Program-made: the position numbers and the translations under genes
Notes under the pieces: generated by a model
What the model was told of the DNA's origin: nothing
Database searches by the model: none
What the model saw: the letters and a program-made list of their open reading frames with translations, nothing else
Shown: piece after piece, positions 41,641 to 55,250 of the stretch
How the letters are laid out: every line of letters begins with the position of its first letter
Position numbering within the stretch: position 1 is the first letter of the stretch
DNA from: the human T2T-CHM13v2.0 reference genome, Homo sapiens
DNA: 64,000 bases
Assembly: GCF_009914755.1 (NCBI RefSeq)
Contig: NC_060925.1
Direction: 5' to 3' (one strand)

Positions 41641-42674
41641 GTATCTGAGCTAAAGCCCTTGCCCCACTCATTGTGGCTATAGGGCACAGGGAGCCGGGCA
41701 CAGGCTGGCAGAAGAAGCCAGAGGCCAGTCCCTGCTGCACACACTACTGCTGTCCCATCCCTCGGATTTCTCTTGCTTGGTTCTGGCAGCATCCAGGAAG
41801 ATGTTCTCCCAGCATCCTGTGCCCCTCACTCCCACCAAGATACAGTCTGCCATCTAGAACTGCTAGAGGCAGGAGCAGCCAGTTCAGGCTCCAAAGTCAA
41901 GTAGTGGGCAGGAGTGGGGTGCTCCCACGAGAGTGAGGTAACCACAGGCTCCTGGGAATCCAACTATAGCCCCTATCTCCCCAGGTGAGACAAGCAGGTG
42001 AGGAGTTTGCCTGGAGGCCAGTGGACACAAGTGCCCTCCATGTGGGAGTGGGGGTATGGGAAGGGGTCATAGTGAGGTCACAGGGGCCCCCAGATCACTC
42101 TTGGAACCCTAGCAAGCTCAGGGAGCTTGGAACCCTAGCAAGGATCAGAAGCCAGCAATTTCTGATTCCAGCCTGATCAGACTCCAGTCCCTCAAATTAA
42201 TGCACGATCCAATTTAATTTCCCTTTAGAAAATTACATATTTTTAAAAAATACATGAAGAGTCAGAAAAGAGTCATGGCAACGAGGAGGCTGAGCACCAG
42301 AGCTGAAGCCAAGTCTCTTCTCCCTCAGCAGGGGCCTGTCTGGTCTTCTAGGTCAGAGCCTCCTGACCCTCTTCACATCATAGCACATGTGGAAGATGAT
42401 AATATTCGCCCAGGACACTGGAGTCAACAGAGGCTGCCATCTGTAATGAGAGGCAAGCAGCTGAAGGCTCTAGCTGTCTTAGGCTCGCCTAGCCACAGCC
42501 GGGCCAAGGGGTCCGTGCCCCACACACCTGTACCAGGTGCGGAGGCTCTGCTCTGGGAATCTTCCCTAGCCAGATGCTGGCTCCCTAGGTAGGTCAAAGG
42601 GTGCTGGACAGGTTCAGCTGGCACTGACTAGAACCTGCTAGGAGCCAGGCAGGCCTCACTGGTGGCTGCCCTTA

Positions 42675-42845
42675 ATTCCCACAACAATCCTGTGGCAGCT
42701 GGGATTCCTTTCCCATTATATAGATGAGGAAACTGAGCTTCAAAGGCATTCAGTGATTTGCCCAAGGCAACAATCATAGTATTCAATGAGCTCCTATTCA
42801 TTGTCAGGCACTGTGCTAAGTGCTTTATACACAACATCTCCCTCT
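42675..42845 (-). mobile_element. MIR fragments
   Basis: cccattatatagatgaggaaactgag...caggcactgtgctaagtgcttt. Confidence 0.7.
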
Positions 42846-44242
42846 GCTGGGGGCCGTGCCCCACCAACGTGCTGGCAGTCTCCCTGAGCTTTTTACACAA
42901 TTTGCTGAATGCATCAGTCACTGATCAAATGAAGAGGAGTTATGATGTGCTGGGCCCCAGGAAAGGTCTTCAGGTGCAAATATAAATAACGGAAATGGTC
43001 TTGCCAGCAGGAAGCCCACAATCCAAGACAGATCTGTGACTGTCTGACATGAATAGATGTTTATTCACATATGCTACGTGCCGGGCATTGCGTCAGACAC
43101 CGGGTCCAGAAAGGTGAAACACTGATCGTGGTGCTTATCCTAGGAGCAGGCTCGTGGAGGAGCCCAACAAATAAACGGAGAAATCACAAGGCAGCACGGG
43201 GAGCTCTGTAACATGCACAGCAACCTAGCATGGGGCCTGGAGGAGGCGGCTGCCAATCTTGGGGACATCTGTGAAAGCACTGTGGATTCTACGCCGTGAG
43301 AAGAGGAAACAGCGTATATTGAGAATCCACTATAAGTAACACACCTGTGAACAAGACCTGGGTGTATCCTGAGGCCTGAACTGTGTCGACATAACTTAGC
43401 ACGAGCTCTGCGTATACCTTGCTGGGTGCTCGGTAGATACATGCACTGCCAGGGATTAACTGAGCGATGAGTAACTGATGTGCCTCTGTCATCTTATTTT
43501 CTTATTCAGATTAATCTGGTTTTAACAAATGCTTAAAGCAGAGACCTTATTACCAAAGAAACCCCTATTGCTGGTATAAAGATTTGCTTTAGGAGCCTGA
43601 AAGTTATTGCCAGAAAACTGATACTGACATAAGTTCCCTGTTTCTTCAGATGTCTGGCTTGTGCAGGGGACACAGGCCCAGCAGCCCAGCTGCCCAGATC
43701 CCATCCCGACGGCTATCTCCACAGCCCACAGCTCTGCTGTTCTAGGCACGTGCTTATCTATTTTATCCACCAGAGTCCCTAGGATGTGTCTGCTCAGCCA
43801 TATTAAGGAGGCCCACCCAGTGCCCTAATATTTTTATCAAATGGCAGAATACCTGGCTATATTTGTACCTTGACTCATGTGGTACCTTTGTTACAAAGAA
43901 CACAAAGCAATGGGCCCTTGCTCTGTTTAGCCTGCTCCTGCCTCAGAGAGGAACAACCGGCTCTCTCTCTTTGGCAGAGGAGGCCGATGAGGCCCAGGGA
44001 AACAAGGTGGTCTGTCTGAATCCTCAGAGCCTTGGTGGTAGAACCTGGACTAGAATCTATGGGGCATCCAGGCAAACTGAGTCCTGCCTTCTGTGTGCCA
44101 TCTCAGCTCTCGGAGGGCTGAGACCAATCCCTTTGCCTCTTTGTAAGTTTCATTGCAATTAGCACAGTGATGTTCCCCTCTCTTCTTTTCCTTTCTCTCC
44201 TTCTTTCCTCTTCTCCTTCTTCATCAGTCACTTCCCTTCATG

Positions 44243-44694
44243 TGACAGAGTCTCTCCTTGACCAAACTCTGGTCAGGCTTCTCTGAATCCTCTTCCCAAC
44301 TAGGCCTCCATGGTTGGACTTCCATGTCTGTCTTTGGATTGCCTTATTTTAGTAAGAATCCTGCTAAATGGGTATCTGATCAGCCTTGGTATCTGCTGGC
44401 TTCCTCATCCCCTGCCATCCCCCAGTTGATATCTAGTTGCCCTGGCCTGACTTTAGCAAGACTCCTGTTAGGTTGGTTTAGCCAGAATCCCCCTTACCTG
44501 TGATGTTTTCTCTTAGTAATTTTCCAACCACCAACACCTCTGACCCTGCTCCTTGGCTATAAATTCGCACTTCTTGTTACATTGAGAACTGAGCCCAGTT
44601 CTATATTGAAGTCTCTTTTCCCCCGTTGCAATAGTCCCGAATAACATATATTTTTACTGCTTTAGCTATTATCTAGTTGTGGTTTTCTTTGACA
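44243..44694 (+). mobile_element. Solo ERV1 LTR (MER31-like)
   Basis: TG...CA ends; starts tgacagagtctctccttgaccaaactctggtcaggct; TATA-like ctataaa near 44558. Confidence 0.75.
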
Positions 44695-44904
44695 TATCAT
44701 ACCTGCAGTCCATAAGCACTGCTCCTTAGAGAGGCTAAGATAGAAAGAAGGTAAGCAGGAATTTCTGGGCCTTCCTGGATGTTCCCCCCCCACACAAAAA
44801 TTCCTCCTTGGAAAGCTGCCCAGCCCCTACCTCCACTGCCAGCAGTGACTCCTAGGACCCCGGGGAGGAAATAAGGGGAAAAGGGAGGCAGGGTGGGGCC
44901 AACC

Positions 44905-45060
44905 TGAGCGCTAATGCTGTGCCCGGCAGCAAGAGCTTCATATGAATCATCTCGTTTAATCCTTGCAACAGTCAACGAGGTAGGTGCTATTGATACTTCC
45001 ATGTTACAGATGAAGAAACAAAGGCATAGGGCATTTCAGTGACTTAGCCCAGGCCCAAAG
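44905..45060 (-). mobile_element. MIR
   Basis: atctcgtttaatccttgcaacag...ttacagatgaagaaac. Confidence 0.75.
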
Positions 45061-45894
45061 CTCGGCCGGGTGTGGCCAGGAGGCAAACCCCTACCACATG
45101 GCCTCTTGGGAAGGGGTGGGGTCCGAGCACTGGAGCCTCTCACTCCCTAAGGAGGCCTGGCCACATCTCTCCAGGAGCTGGAAATGTCAGACTTCAAAGG
45201 GTCACCCCAGACCTGGTAGGCTGTCAAGTCCACAGAGAAGAGAAGCCTGAGTGGAGTGAACTGACTCAGACTCCCTTGTTTCCTCCAGGAAAGCTTTGCG
45301 TGCATTCGCACGGAGCTTCCTTCATTCATTCCACAAACATCTGCAGAACCTGAAGAATAAACCTGGTTCTTTCCTAGTGACTGGAGAACAGAGCAGAGGA
45401 TTGTGTGGCTCTCAAGGAGTGGCTGTCCAATGAGTCTTCACTGATGCCCAAACATACCTGCCTTCACACCCCGAACTGGGAAAGATGGGGGAATTCCTAC
45501 TGTGGGTGGGCGCTTCTACTGTGTCTTCATTCCTCATGTAATGTTCTCCACAATTCTAGGTCATAGGTATTATTGCCAACTGTTTTACAGGTGGAGAAAC
45601 AAAAACCTAAAGAGAAAGGGAAGTCATTTGTCTCAACTCATACAACTATTAACTTGGTAACCCTGGACTTGAGTCTGAATGATTAAGGAGCTTATATTTT
45701 TCTCTTTTCACCTCCCTTGCTCCCACAAGAAAGTGAAATAACTACATGCCACATCCCAACTACATGCACTCACACCTACTGACACACACTTGGAAGCAAC
45801 TGAGCTCTGAGACGCGCCTGTGTCTGGTGCAGTCCACAAGCACAGGGTGCATCTGCCTACACACCTGGATGTGCACATACATGCACACATCAAT

Positions 45895-46015
45895 GTTTTT
45901 AAAAATTCAATATTTTGGGGGTACAGGTGGTTTTTGGTTACATGGATGAGTAGTTTAGTGGTGAATTCTGAGACTTTAGTCACCAAAGCAGTGTACACTG
46001 TACCAAATATGCAGT
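45895..46015 (-). mobile_element. L1PB/L1MA-like 3' terminal fragment
   Basis: ttttgggggtacaggtggtttttggttacatggatgag. Confidence 0.75.
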
Positions 46016-46049
46016 CTCGATGTTTTTTCCCTTAACTTTTGAATGTTGT

Positions 46050-46580
46050 GAACACATGGAAAAATATCTAATTTCACTAGTTACTAAAAAAAAAAAAAAA
46101 TGAAGTGGGGTAGCAAGAAAGTGCTGTCATTTTAGCTCATCAAAATACCAAAAATTAGGGAGAAAATAAATGAGAAAATAGTCCTGGTGGGGATGCATTG
46201 AGATGGGCACTTTTGTACACTGCTGATTGGTACAACTCTTTGGGAAAGTGACTTGGCAATATTCATCAAGAGGTTTAAAAATGTCCAAGACCAAAAGTGG
46301 CCCAATAATTTCACCTGAGTGTCACTCAGTAGTAAATGCATAACAATGTTTAACATAGCATTGTTTATTATAGCACAGACCCGACACCGACCCAAATGAC
46401 TTACACTGGGGGGTTAGCTAATTAAATTCTGTCAAGGAAAAATGACTGAAAAAAGACAAACAGTAACATGACAATGTTAACAGTGGTTGGGTTTGAGTGA
46501 TCAGACTATGGTTAATTTGTTCCTAGCACCCTACCCATCTTCTTTCTTCGGTTTTCTGCATTTTTCTTGAAAAAGATCAT
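46050..46580 (+). mobile_element. L1ME-like fragment
   Basis: tacactgctgattggtacaactctttgggaaagtgacttggcaata; aatgttaacagtggtt. Confidence 0.65.
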
Positions 46581-46940
46581 GCCTCACATTTCTAACAAAG
46601 CTAAACTTTATGGAAAAAGTTGGGAGCAGATCACCACACTGCATGAGTGATAGAAAGCTGAGTATATGGATACAGAATTTAGTGTTGTAATCAAGCGAAA
46701 CCCACAACAGAAATGATCTATTGCGTCAATATGTGCAAAGCAGCCACTGTGCACATGTGATTGGACTTAAATAGTGAAGAGCATGCTCATAAGAAGCTGT
46801 AATTAGTTTGCCTTTTATACCACAAAATCAGTGTTTAGTTTCTCTCTTTGTTGTTAGTTCTTCAGCATCTGTCAACTGCATCAGGGCTGACAGGTTAGCC
46901 TAATACCAGGTGTGAGCTGTTCCCATAGGCACACGCGCGT

Positions 46941-46941
<1 letters not shown>

Positions 46942-46974
<33 letters not shown>
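46942..46974. repeat. (CA)n microsatellite, about 16 units
   Basis: Perfect CA run. Confidence 0.95.
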
Positions 46975-46978
<4 letters not shown>

Positions 46979-47869
46979 TTATGAGGCAGCTGTCTTGCCA
47001 GCCAGGCTTCAGGGCTGGGCATATGAACCTCCCTCCTGGGCTGGTGGTTCTAGGCAGTGAAGCTGCTACAAAAGATGCAGTTGGTGTGGGGAGGGGATTT
47101 GGAGCAAGGATGGCCTCTGGGCAGGAGGGAAGGAGGACCAGGGCTGGGAGGACTGAAGAGGATCTGCCTGCGCCAGGGCCCGAGGCTTCCGCCCCAGCAG
47201 GAGTTCTTGAGAACAGATTCCCACCAGCTTTGGCCAAATGTACAGTGAAGTACAAAGTGACTAACATCACGTCAGAGGCCAAAGGCAGATGGGAGTCAGA
47301 TGGAATGAGCTGGAGAGTGCCCCTTGGCTAAAAGGCCAAGGGGAGGCCAGGGAGAAACAACCTCACGTTGTGCCAGCGAGGGGTTTTCACCTGTCTGCGA
47401 GCCTTCTCTGCTTCTTCTTTATTGATCCATCCATGATGCAACTTCCAGGCTTTTCTGCATTCCCTTAGAGACCAGGCAATGAATCCCAGGGGAACAGATG
47501 GAGTGCGGGAACTGTTGACATTTTCCAAACTTCCTGAGTGGGGGTGACACCCGTCTATTGTCCCCTGAGTTTCCCTTCTTTGCTCCATGCCCTGGGTGGC
47601 TAGACCAAGGAGACTCCTCACTTTCTCCTCTGTGTCAGAAGGGCCGCCCGGGCCTCCCCTCTCAGTCTTGCCCTGGCTCAAGCTGGCTGACAGGAGTGCA
47701 AGCCACAGGTGCTGTCCCAGGGGAGATCCTGGGGCTGGTCCCTGAGGCATAGCATCCAGAGAGGCCCTAAACATTACACTTTTGTCCCGCAAAGAAGAGA
47801 CCCAAGAAAAGAAAGAGGCCCTGCCTTATCTTTTCTCTCATCCCTGAGGAGAGAAGTAGCTTTTGTATG

Positions 47870-47962
47870 CATTTGTTTTATTTTATTATTAATTTATTAA
47901 TTTATTTAGAGATAGGGTCTTGCTCCGTTGCCCGGGCTGGAGTGCAGTGGCACCATCACAGT
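47870..47962 (-). mobile_element. Alu 3' fragment (AluJ/FRAM-like)
   Basis: T-rich tail followed by gagatagggtcttgctccgttgcccgggctggagtgcagtgg. Confidence 0.8.
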
Positions 47963-48849
47963 CATTTGGATTTGAACCCACCCAGGCCTTCTTGCTTTTA
48001 GGAGAGCTCACACTTCCCCATGTGTGACCACAAGTGTGCACACACAGCCTCTCACTCACACACTCACATGTGTACACACACAAATACTCTACTGCAGGGG
48101 GAAGAGGCCTCTCCCCAGCCTGGGAGTGTGGGACTGCTTCAGCTTTTGCATTTGTGTGCTTGGATTCTACCTGGATAGTAGAAGTGAAAAGTTACAGCAG
48201 GTCTTCTTCCCTCTGAAGAACCACGGAGAAGAAAGGTACAGCATCACTGGAATTCAGATTAGAGATGTGAAGCCAAAAAAAAAAAAAATTCCCCAAACCC
48301 AACCGGGAAAGAAAGCTCATTAATGTCTCTCTTCCCCTCCTCATTAAGCAAGAGCTCGCTCATAAATATTCACAGAATTCTAAAGTAAGATCGAGGTGAA
48401 AGTTAACTTAATGCGGAACAATTAAGACTGCTCACAGCTCACCAGCAGCCTGACTGGGCTCTGGCCTCCCCAAAGCCCAGAGATCTGGGAGGCTCTTGGT
48501 CTTCCAGAGGGGCGGAAGAGGAGCAGGGGTTGGGACAGAGGTTTGAGCAGAAGATCCCCCTCTGCACCTGCAAGACGCCCTGTGAAAGCAGCTCACAGGC
48601 CTGCTTGTGTCTCCTCAGGCTGGGAAGTGTTAGCCATACGAGGGTCTTGAAGGTCTCCCAGCACCTGTCACTGGCTTGCCCCATCTTACAATGAGGCGAC
48701 TGTAATCACGGAGGGTATATGACTTGTCCAAGGTGACCGGCCAAGCCATGACTGAGTCCAAGGATGCTTTCCACCACCCACCTTCCGTCTTTAACCAGGA
48801 CCAGGAAAGCTTTCCTTGGGCTTCAGGCCCTGATCCCTCCCTGCCCCGG

Positions 48850-49310
48850 AGGTTGCAGAATTCCCTGATCCTGCACACTGCAGCCAGATTAATATTCTGA
48901 AATGCAGGCTTAATTGCATCACTCCTTCCAAAAAACATTCATTGGCTCATCCACTGCCTATGAATTAAATGCCAACTCCTCATGCTCTGTGGTCCAAATG
49001 CTCCTTTACAACCCTAATTACCATTACTTGTTATTCATTTCCCAATGTTCCAGCCAAATGGAACTCCAGCTCTTCTCCAAACATGCTCTAAACTCTCCTG
49101 CCTCCAAGGCTTGTTTATGTAGCCCTCACTTCCTGGAATTCCCCCCTGCTGTTTCTACCTGTCAAAATCCTGTCCATCTTTCCAAGTTCAAATGTCATTT
49201 CAAATGTCTATTCCATTAAGTAATCTTATTCCTTACAATCTGATGGAGTCTTGCTCTAGGGTATTTTGCTTGAACCTCTTCTATGCTACATCATCTTCTT
49301 GTGCCTTGTC
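48850..49310 (+). mobile_element. L2
   Basis: cacactgcagccaga...catcactcc...ttcaaatgtca. Confidence 0.65.
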
Positions 49311-49532
49311 ATTCAATTAATAATAATAGTTGTAAAAATATTTGTACTTACTGCCAACATGCGCCTGTTGCCTTGAATATATTATACCTTGCAATGTAGA
49401 TATTGCTATTCCATTTTACAGTGGAGTGCACTGAGGTTCTCAGAGGTTAAAAAGCCCAACTCTATTTGGCTCTAAAGTTTTTGCTTCTTCTCCTTCTCCA
49501 GGATTGTTTTCATTCTTACTTTTGGAAGCTCC

Positions 49533-49975
49533 CTGGATTGAATTGTGTCTTCCAAAAAGATGTATGTAAGTCCTAACCCCTAGAAGCTAAGAAGGTGACC
49601 TCATTTGAAATAGGGTCTTTGTGGATGTAATCAAGTTAAGAGGAGGAGATACTGAATGAGGGTTGGCCCTAACCCAATTACTGATGTCTTTATAAGAAAA
49701 GAAAAAGCTGGACACAGACACAGGGGGGTGACGGCCATGTGAAGACAGAGGCAGAGGCTGGAGTGAGGCATCTACAAGTCAAGGAATGGTAAGGAATGCC
49801 AGCAACGACCAGAAGAGAGGCAGGGGCAGATTCTCCCTGAGAACCTTCCAAGACCAACCAACCCTGCCTACACCTTAACCTTGGACTTCCAGCCTCCAGA
49901 ACTGTGAGACAATAAATTTCTGTTGTTCTAAGCTAGCTAGTTTGTGATACATTGTTATGGCAGCCCTAAGACACG
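49533..49975 (+). mobile_element. MaLR LTR (MLT1B/C-like)
   Basis: gaattgtgtc...gtcctaaccc...ggacttccagcctccagaactgtgagacaataaatttctgttg...ttatggcagccc. Confidence 0.9.
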
Positions 49976-51094
49976 AGTATGCTCTTCAAGGACAGGATCT
50001 GTTTTTACCCTTCTCATTATCCTTCTAAGAGATCCGTGTGCTGTCTTCAGATGATTAGGTGCTCAGTAAATGCCTGTGGAATGCACCACAGATTTTCACG
50101 CCCCATCTGCAGAGGTCCTAGGGGCAAGGAATGTAGTAAATATTTTATGGATGGGTGTTAAAGGCCCAGCGAGGTCATTTACCTTACAGTTAGCTGGCAG
50201 CAGAGCTGGTTCCAGGACAGGAGTCCTGGGTCTCAACAGCTAGACAGCGTGGCACCTGGAAATGCAGCTGGTGTGATTTTGTCTTCTGATGTGAGTCAGC
50301 CAGCTCAGAGGCCTTGAGTGCACAGCGGGTATCTTTGGCACCATTAACTGAAGCCATTAGAAATGTGCTGGGTCTATGGTGGTGCTGGACAGAGGACTCA
50401 GAGATGCCTGGTTTCCCGCCTGCTCAGGAAGCCCTGGGTGGCCAGCTCTGGTCCTGGGTCACAGGGTTGCTCTGGGATTTGGCTTTTCTAAGAGGTAAGC
50501 TGAAGGCTGTGGGGCTCAGGACACATTCTGGAAACACCCAGTGGTGAGCTTCTCCTCACCACCCCCAACTGGAGGCCCAGTTAGTGTCTTCTCCTCCTCC
50601 AGTACCAACAGCCAGATGTGTCTCACCCTGGGCTCTTGTCATCTCTGCCAGCAGGCATGGCCTCCTGCAGGGGCCAGGGGGACAGTCCCTGGGACCCTGA
50701 GCATCCTGCAGCCCCTCTGCTGTTTGGAAGTGGGTGGTGGGGATGGCTGGCTCTGAGGGTGCGTGTGTGTGCTGATGTTACAGAAGATGCGGGGTTCATC
50801 TCCTGCAGTGTCTACCCTGTCCCCCAGAACTGTGAGTAATGGGGGTTCTTTCCAGGCAATTATAAGCAATACTCTGACTGGGATTTCCCCTTAAGGATTG
50901 GTCTCTCCATGCCCTTGACAATGAGCCATGGATTATATTTCTAACCTCCTCTGTATGTGGGGGCTCAAGCAGTCTTTCTTTTTTTTTTTGAGTGTTAAAA
51001 ACCATATTCTTTTTATTCTAAAGATTTATGTGATTTTCACATTTTAATATCTCTAAAATTATGTCATAACTGAAATTAAAATATGTTTGTCGTG

Positions 51095-51680
51095 TAAGCA
51101 ATTTTTTAACTGTAGTAAGATATATATAACATAAAATGTATATTTTATCTATGTGTGATTTTTAGGCGTACTGTTTGGTGACATTGTTTAAACTGTTGCG
51201 CAACCATCGCCACCATCCATCTCCAGAGCTCTTTTCATCTTCCCAAACTGAAACTCCATACCCTCTCTTCTTGCCCCGCCGGTAACCGTAATTCCACTTT
51301 CTCTCTCTATGAATTTGACTACTCTAAATACTTCATATAAGTAGACTCATACAGTATTTGTCCTTTGTGTCTGGCTTATTTTTCTTACCACAGTGTCTTC
51401 AAGGTTCATCTATGTTGTAGCATGTGTCAGAATTTCCTTCCTTTTTAGGCTGAATAATATTCCACTGTAAGGATAGACCACAGTTTGCTTGTCCATTAAT
51501 CCACGGATGAACACTGGGTTGTTCCCACCTTTTGGCTACTGTGAATAATGCTGCTATGAGTATGGGCATATGAATACCTGTTGGAGTCCTGCCTTCAATT
51601 CTTTCAATTCTTTTGGGTGTGTATACCACCAGAAGTGGAATTGCTGGATCATATGGTAAGCTTATGTTTAATTTTTTGAA
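51095..51680 (-). mobile_element. L1MB-like 3' end
   Basis: caaccatcgccaccatccatctccagagc...gaagtggaattgctggatcatatggtaa. Confidence 0.9.
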
Positions 51681-53440
51681 ACAGTCCTCTTTTTATAATC
51701 AGAAATAGATAGGGCTACAGGAAATGGAGAAGGCAAAAACAAACAAACAAAAACAACCTAGCGTCTTTTGAGAAGAACTCGTGCTAAGAACTTTATGTCA
51801 TCTTGTCTAAACTCTGTAACAAGACTATGAACAAGATATCATTTCCATATGATGGGAAATTCAAGACACAGCCCCTGCCCAAGGTCACACGGTTTATAAG
51901 TGTGGAGGCACAAACTGAACCCAGACAGACGGCGGGGGACCCACGGGGTGGCTATGGGCGGAATCACAGAAGCAAGGATCCTACTCTTCCTTGGCTGTCT
52001 ACTTCTTCCCCATTACTGCTGAGGGGCCTGCTGGGAAGATGGTGAGATTCTGAGGAATGTCCTGGGGGGCAGGGCAGGGTGTGGGGTGGGGAGAGGTGTT
52101 CCACAAATCGTGAGGTTCTTGGAGGAATCTCTAATTCTAAGCAGGCAGTGGCATGTGTGTGCCATCTTTTGAGTCTTTTCTTATCTAAATTTCATAGTTT
52201 TTTTTTCAACGGTTTCTCACAGTGACAGTGGCCAAAGCCCTCACGGGCCCTCCTGTTCTCCCTCCATGGAACCTACTCTGGTCCCTGACATAACATAGCC
52301 TGACACATCCATCACAGCTCTGCAGATCAGGCCTGATGGTTCTGAGACACTCAGGGATTGAGTTCCTTTAAAGACTGAGCTGCTCTCTATCTTTGCTCCT
52401 ATTTTGAGCTTTAGTTCTTTTTTTAATGATGCTGGTTTTACACTGTCCAATCTGAAGAGCATTCTTCTTGATGGGAAAAGCAAAAGAAAAATAGGAGCTG
52501 AATAACACATTTCATTGTGGGGTGCATTATGTGGGGTCCATTATGCCCTGCAAAGCATCTTTGTGACTACCACTCATTTGGTCCTCATGGCAACCCTCAG
52601 AGCTAAGTAGGGCAGTGCTATTACCTGTTCAGTGAGGGTGAATGACTTGCACAAGGTCCCTCAGCTAGTTAGCAGCCCAGGCAGAACTGAGGTGTAAATC
52701 CATATCCAGAAACACTTTGGGGGAAATTCTGACTACATAAGCACAAATAACTATAATCAGGAAGCATCTAAAACACTAATATGGTTGCACTAGAGACTCT
52801 GAAAAGCTCACATTTGAAGACAAAAGCAAAAGAAAAAATCTGCTTTAGTTGTAAACAGACAATGCCCAGCACTGAGGAGTAGTGTGGTCCCCAGGGAAGG
52901 ATGCAGAAGATGCTGGATTTTTAGGAAAAGCTGAGGCTTGGGGAAAATGCAGAGGCAAACTAAAAACATTTTTAGTTATGCTAATAGCATGATCCCATGC
53001 CTTCTCCAACTCCAAAAAAAAAAAAAAAAGCTCAAACAAGAAATAACAAAGACAGCAAAGAACAAGATAGTACTAGGTCTGCTTTTTGAAGGAAAGTGGA
53101 GAAATACTGACAGCTCCACGTGGAGAGCAGAAGAGCTTGGGGAAAGGGCCGGTAGTTGAAGCAGGGAGACCAGGCTTGGTCTGGTGTTGACCAGTTGGTT
53201 GACTTGCAGCAAATCACCCTCCCTCCCTGACCCTTTATGTCCCAGATGCCCAAAGTTCTGGACTAGTTCAGTGTTTACCAAACTACTTTAATTCTTCTTC
53301 TGCCCTGGTGATTCTGCCATACCCACACACCACTTGCATTACTGAATTCTAGCCAGATGCTGTTGTCTGCTTAAGGAACTGAGCCTGAAGCCTGCTCCTA
53401 CTTGGTTAGAAAGGGAGATGAGCAAGGGTTAAAGAGGTGT

Positions 53441-53918
53441 TGAAACCGGCCCAACTGTTCCATCAAACTGATGTTTACTGTTTTTTGGATAAACATAGAA
53501 ATGGACCCTCTTGATCTTAAAGCTCGAAACTTACATTTATCTTATTTGAGTCCCATCCTCAGAAAACCGACCCTCAGGCCTCCCAGAGAGTATCAGGGAT
53601 CTGAAACTCACCAGATCACTGCATCCAGACATGAGATGCCAGACCCCTCATCCATGGCGATTCCTGTTTTCCAACCCCTCTTCCTTACCCCTCCTTAAAT
53701 CCTGTTTTTCCACACATAGTTACATTTCTTTCCTGCTGTTATATATAAATCCCTAACTTCAGTTGGTTGAGGAGATGGATTTGAGACTGATCTCCCATTC
53801 TCCTTGGTTGCAGCCCTGAATAAAGCCTTCTTCCCTGGCAGCACTTGTTGTCTCAGTGATTGGCTTTCTGTGTGGCAAGCAGCAGGACCCAGACCAAACC
53901 CCTGACATTTCAGTAACA
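53441..53918 (+). mobile_element. Solo ERV1 LTR (MER39-like)
   Basis: TG...CA ends, perfect 4-bp TSD gtgt (53437-53440 and 53919-53922), tatataaa near 53742 and AATAAA at 53819. Confidence 0.85.
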
Positions 53919-54439
53919 GTGTTAAAGATATCCTAGCATCAAATTAAGACTTCTCTTTGGTATCACTAGAAAGATTGAAAGAAAATTCAAGAAGAAAAAC
54001 TTAAAAATAATAATTCCATGTCCATACACCACCTAAACTGCTTCAGCATTATTTGGAGTCATTCTGAGCCCACCAGTGATCCAGGGTCCACACTTTGGGA
54101 AGTGGTGGACTAGGCTGGTGATCACCGATATCAGTGATGTCTATGACACTGTTAGTATTTTTTGACCCATATGTCCGAGGTCCAGGATTCTTCCTACTTT
54201 GTGGCACAATGGCCCATCAGCTCAGGTTGTTCTTAAATGCCGCACATACTTCCCAGGCAGCACACTAATCTCTGCCATGTTCACACAGTACAAGTTCCTC
54301 ATGTTGATTGTAGCTCTGCCCATAAGCCAGATCCACTTGAAGCTTTAAGGATCCCTGACACTGGACCACAGGAATGCACTTGTCTGTTGGATTTGTCTTC
54401 CATGGTGTGAGCTCTCTTCCTATTCTTTCTACATCTCCA

Positions 54440-55250
54440 GTATTACAATAAAGTTTATTTTTTCCATAATAAAAGTAATGCACAATCATTGTAAGAAATC
54501 TGATCACCAAGCAAAAATGCAGAAAGAATTAAACAAATCATCCATGCTTCCACCACCCAAAGATACCATCATTGTATTTTGTTTTCTTCTAGTCTTGTTT
54601 TTCTTTTAAATCATACTTACATATTGTGTGTATAATTTTGTCTCCTGCTTTTTCCCACACTACCATCTGAAATAATAATAAGCATTATTCTACATGGATG
54701 CATTCTGATTCTTTCTAATTTTTGCTTATACAAATATTATTAATAACAGTATTTCTAAAGTAGCACTATTTCCTCGGGAGAGATCCAAGAAGTGACTCTC
54801 CTGAGTGCCATATCCCACGTGCAGTGTTTGAATGAGACTATTTTGCTGCACCCTCACCAGCATTGGGTAGGGTACTCACTAAAAATCAAAATCAAAGTCT
54901 TTGCTAATTTGCAAGCCAAAAATAGCTATCTAGTTGTTTGAATTTTCATTGTGATTACTAGTAAGATTGAAGATTTTCCATCTGTTGGAAAGCTAGCTTT
55001 ATTTCTTCTTTAGCGAATTGTTTATTACATCCTTGATTCACTTTTCTATTTTGCCTTAGGGGTTTCATTACTGATTTGCACGAGCTCTTTATATATTAAA
55101 GATATTAACAATTTATCCAATATTTGCTGTAAATATAGTTTTTGGCTTTTAAAATCTAGGTTCATTAGAGGTTTCCCAGGTAGCCACATTGATTTCTTTA
55201 GATGTCTCATTTTTCTTCCTTGTTGGAAGTATATGTGAATTTCTTGTTCT
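54440..55250 (-). mobile_element. Old L1 (L1ME-like)
   Basis: T-rich; caccctcaccagcattggg; gagctctttatatattaaagatattaac. Confidence 0.7.
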
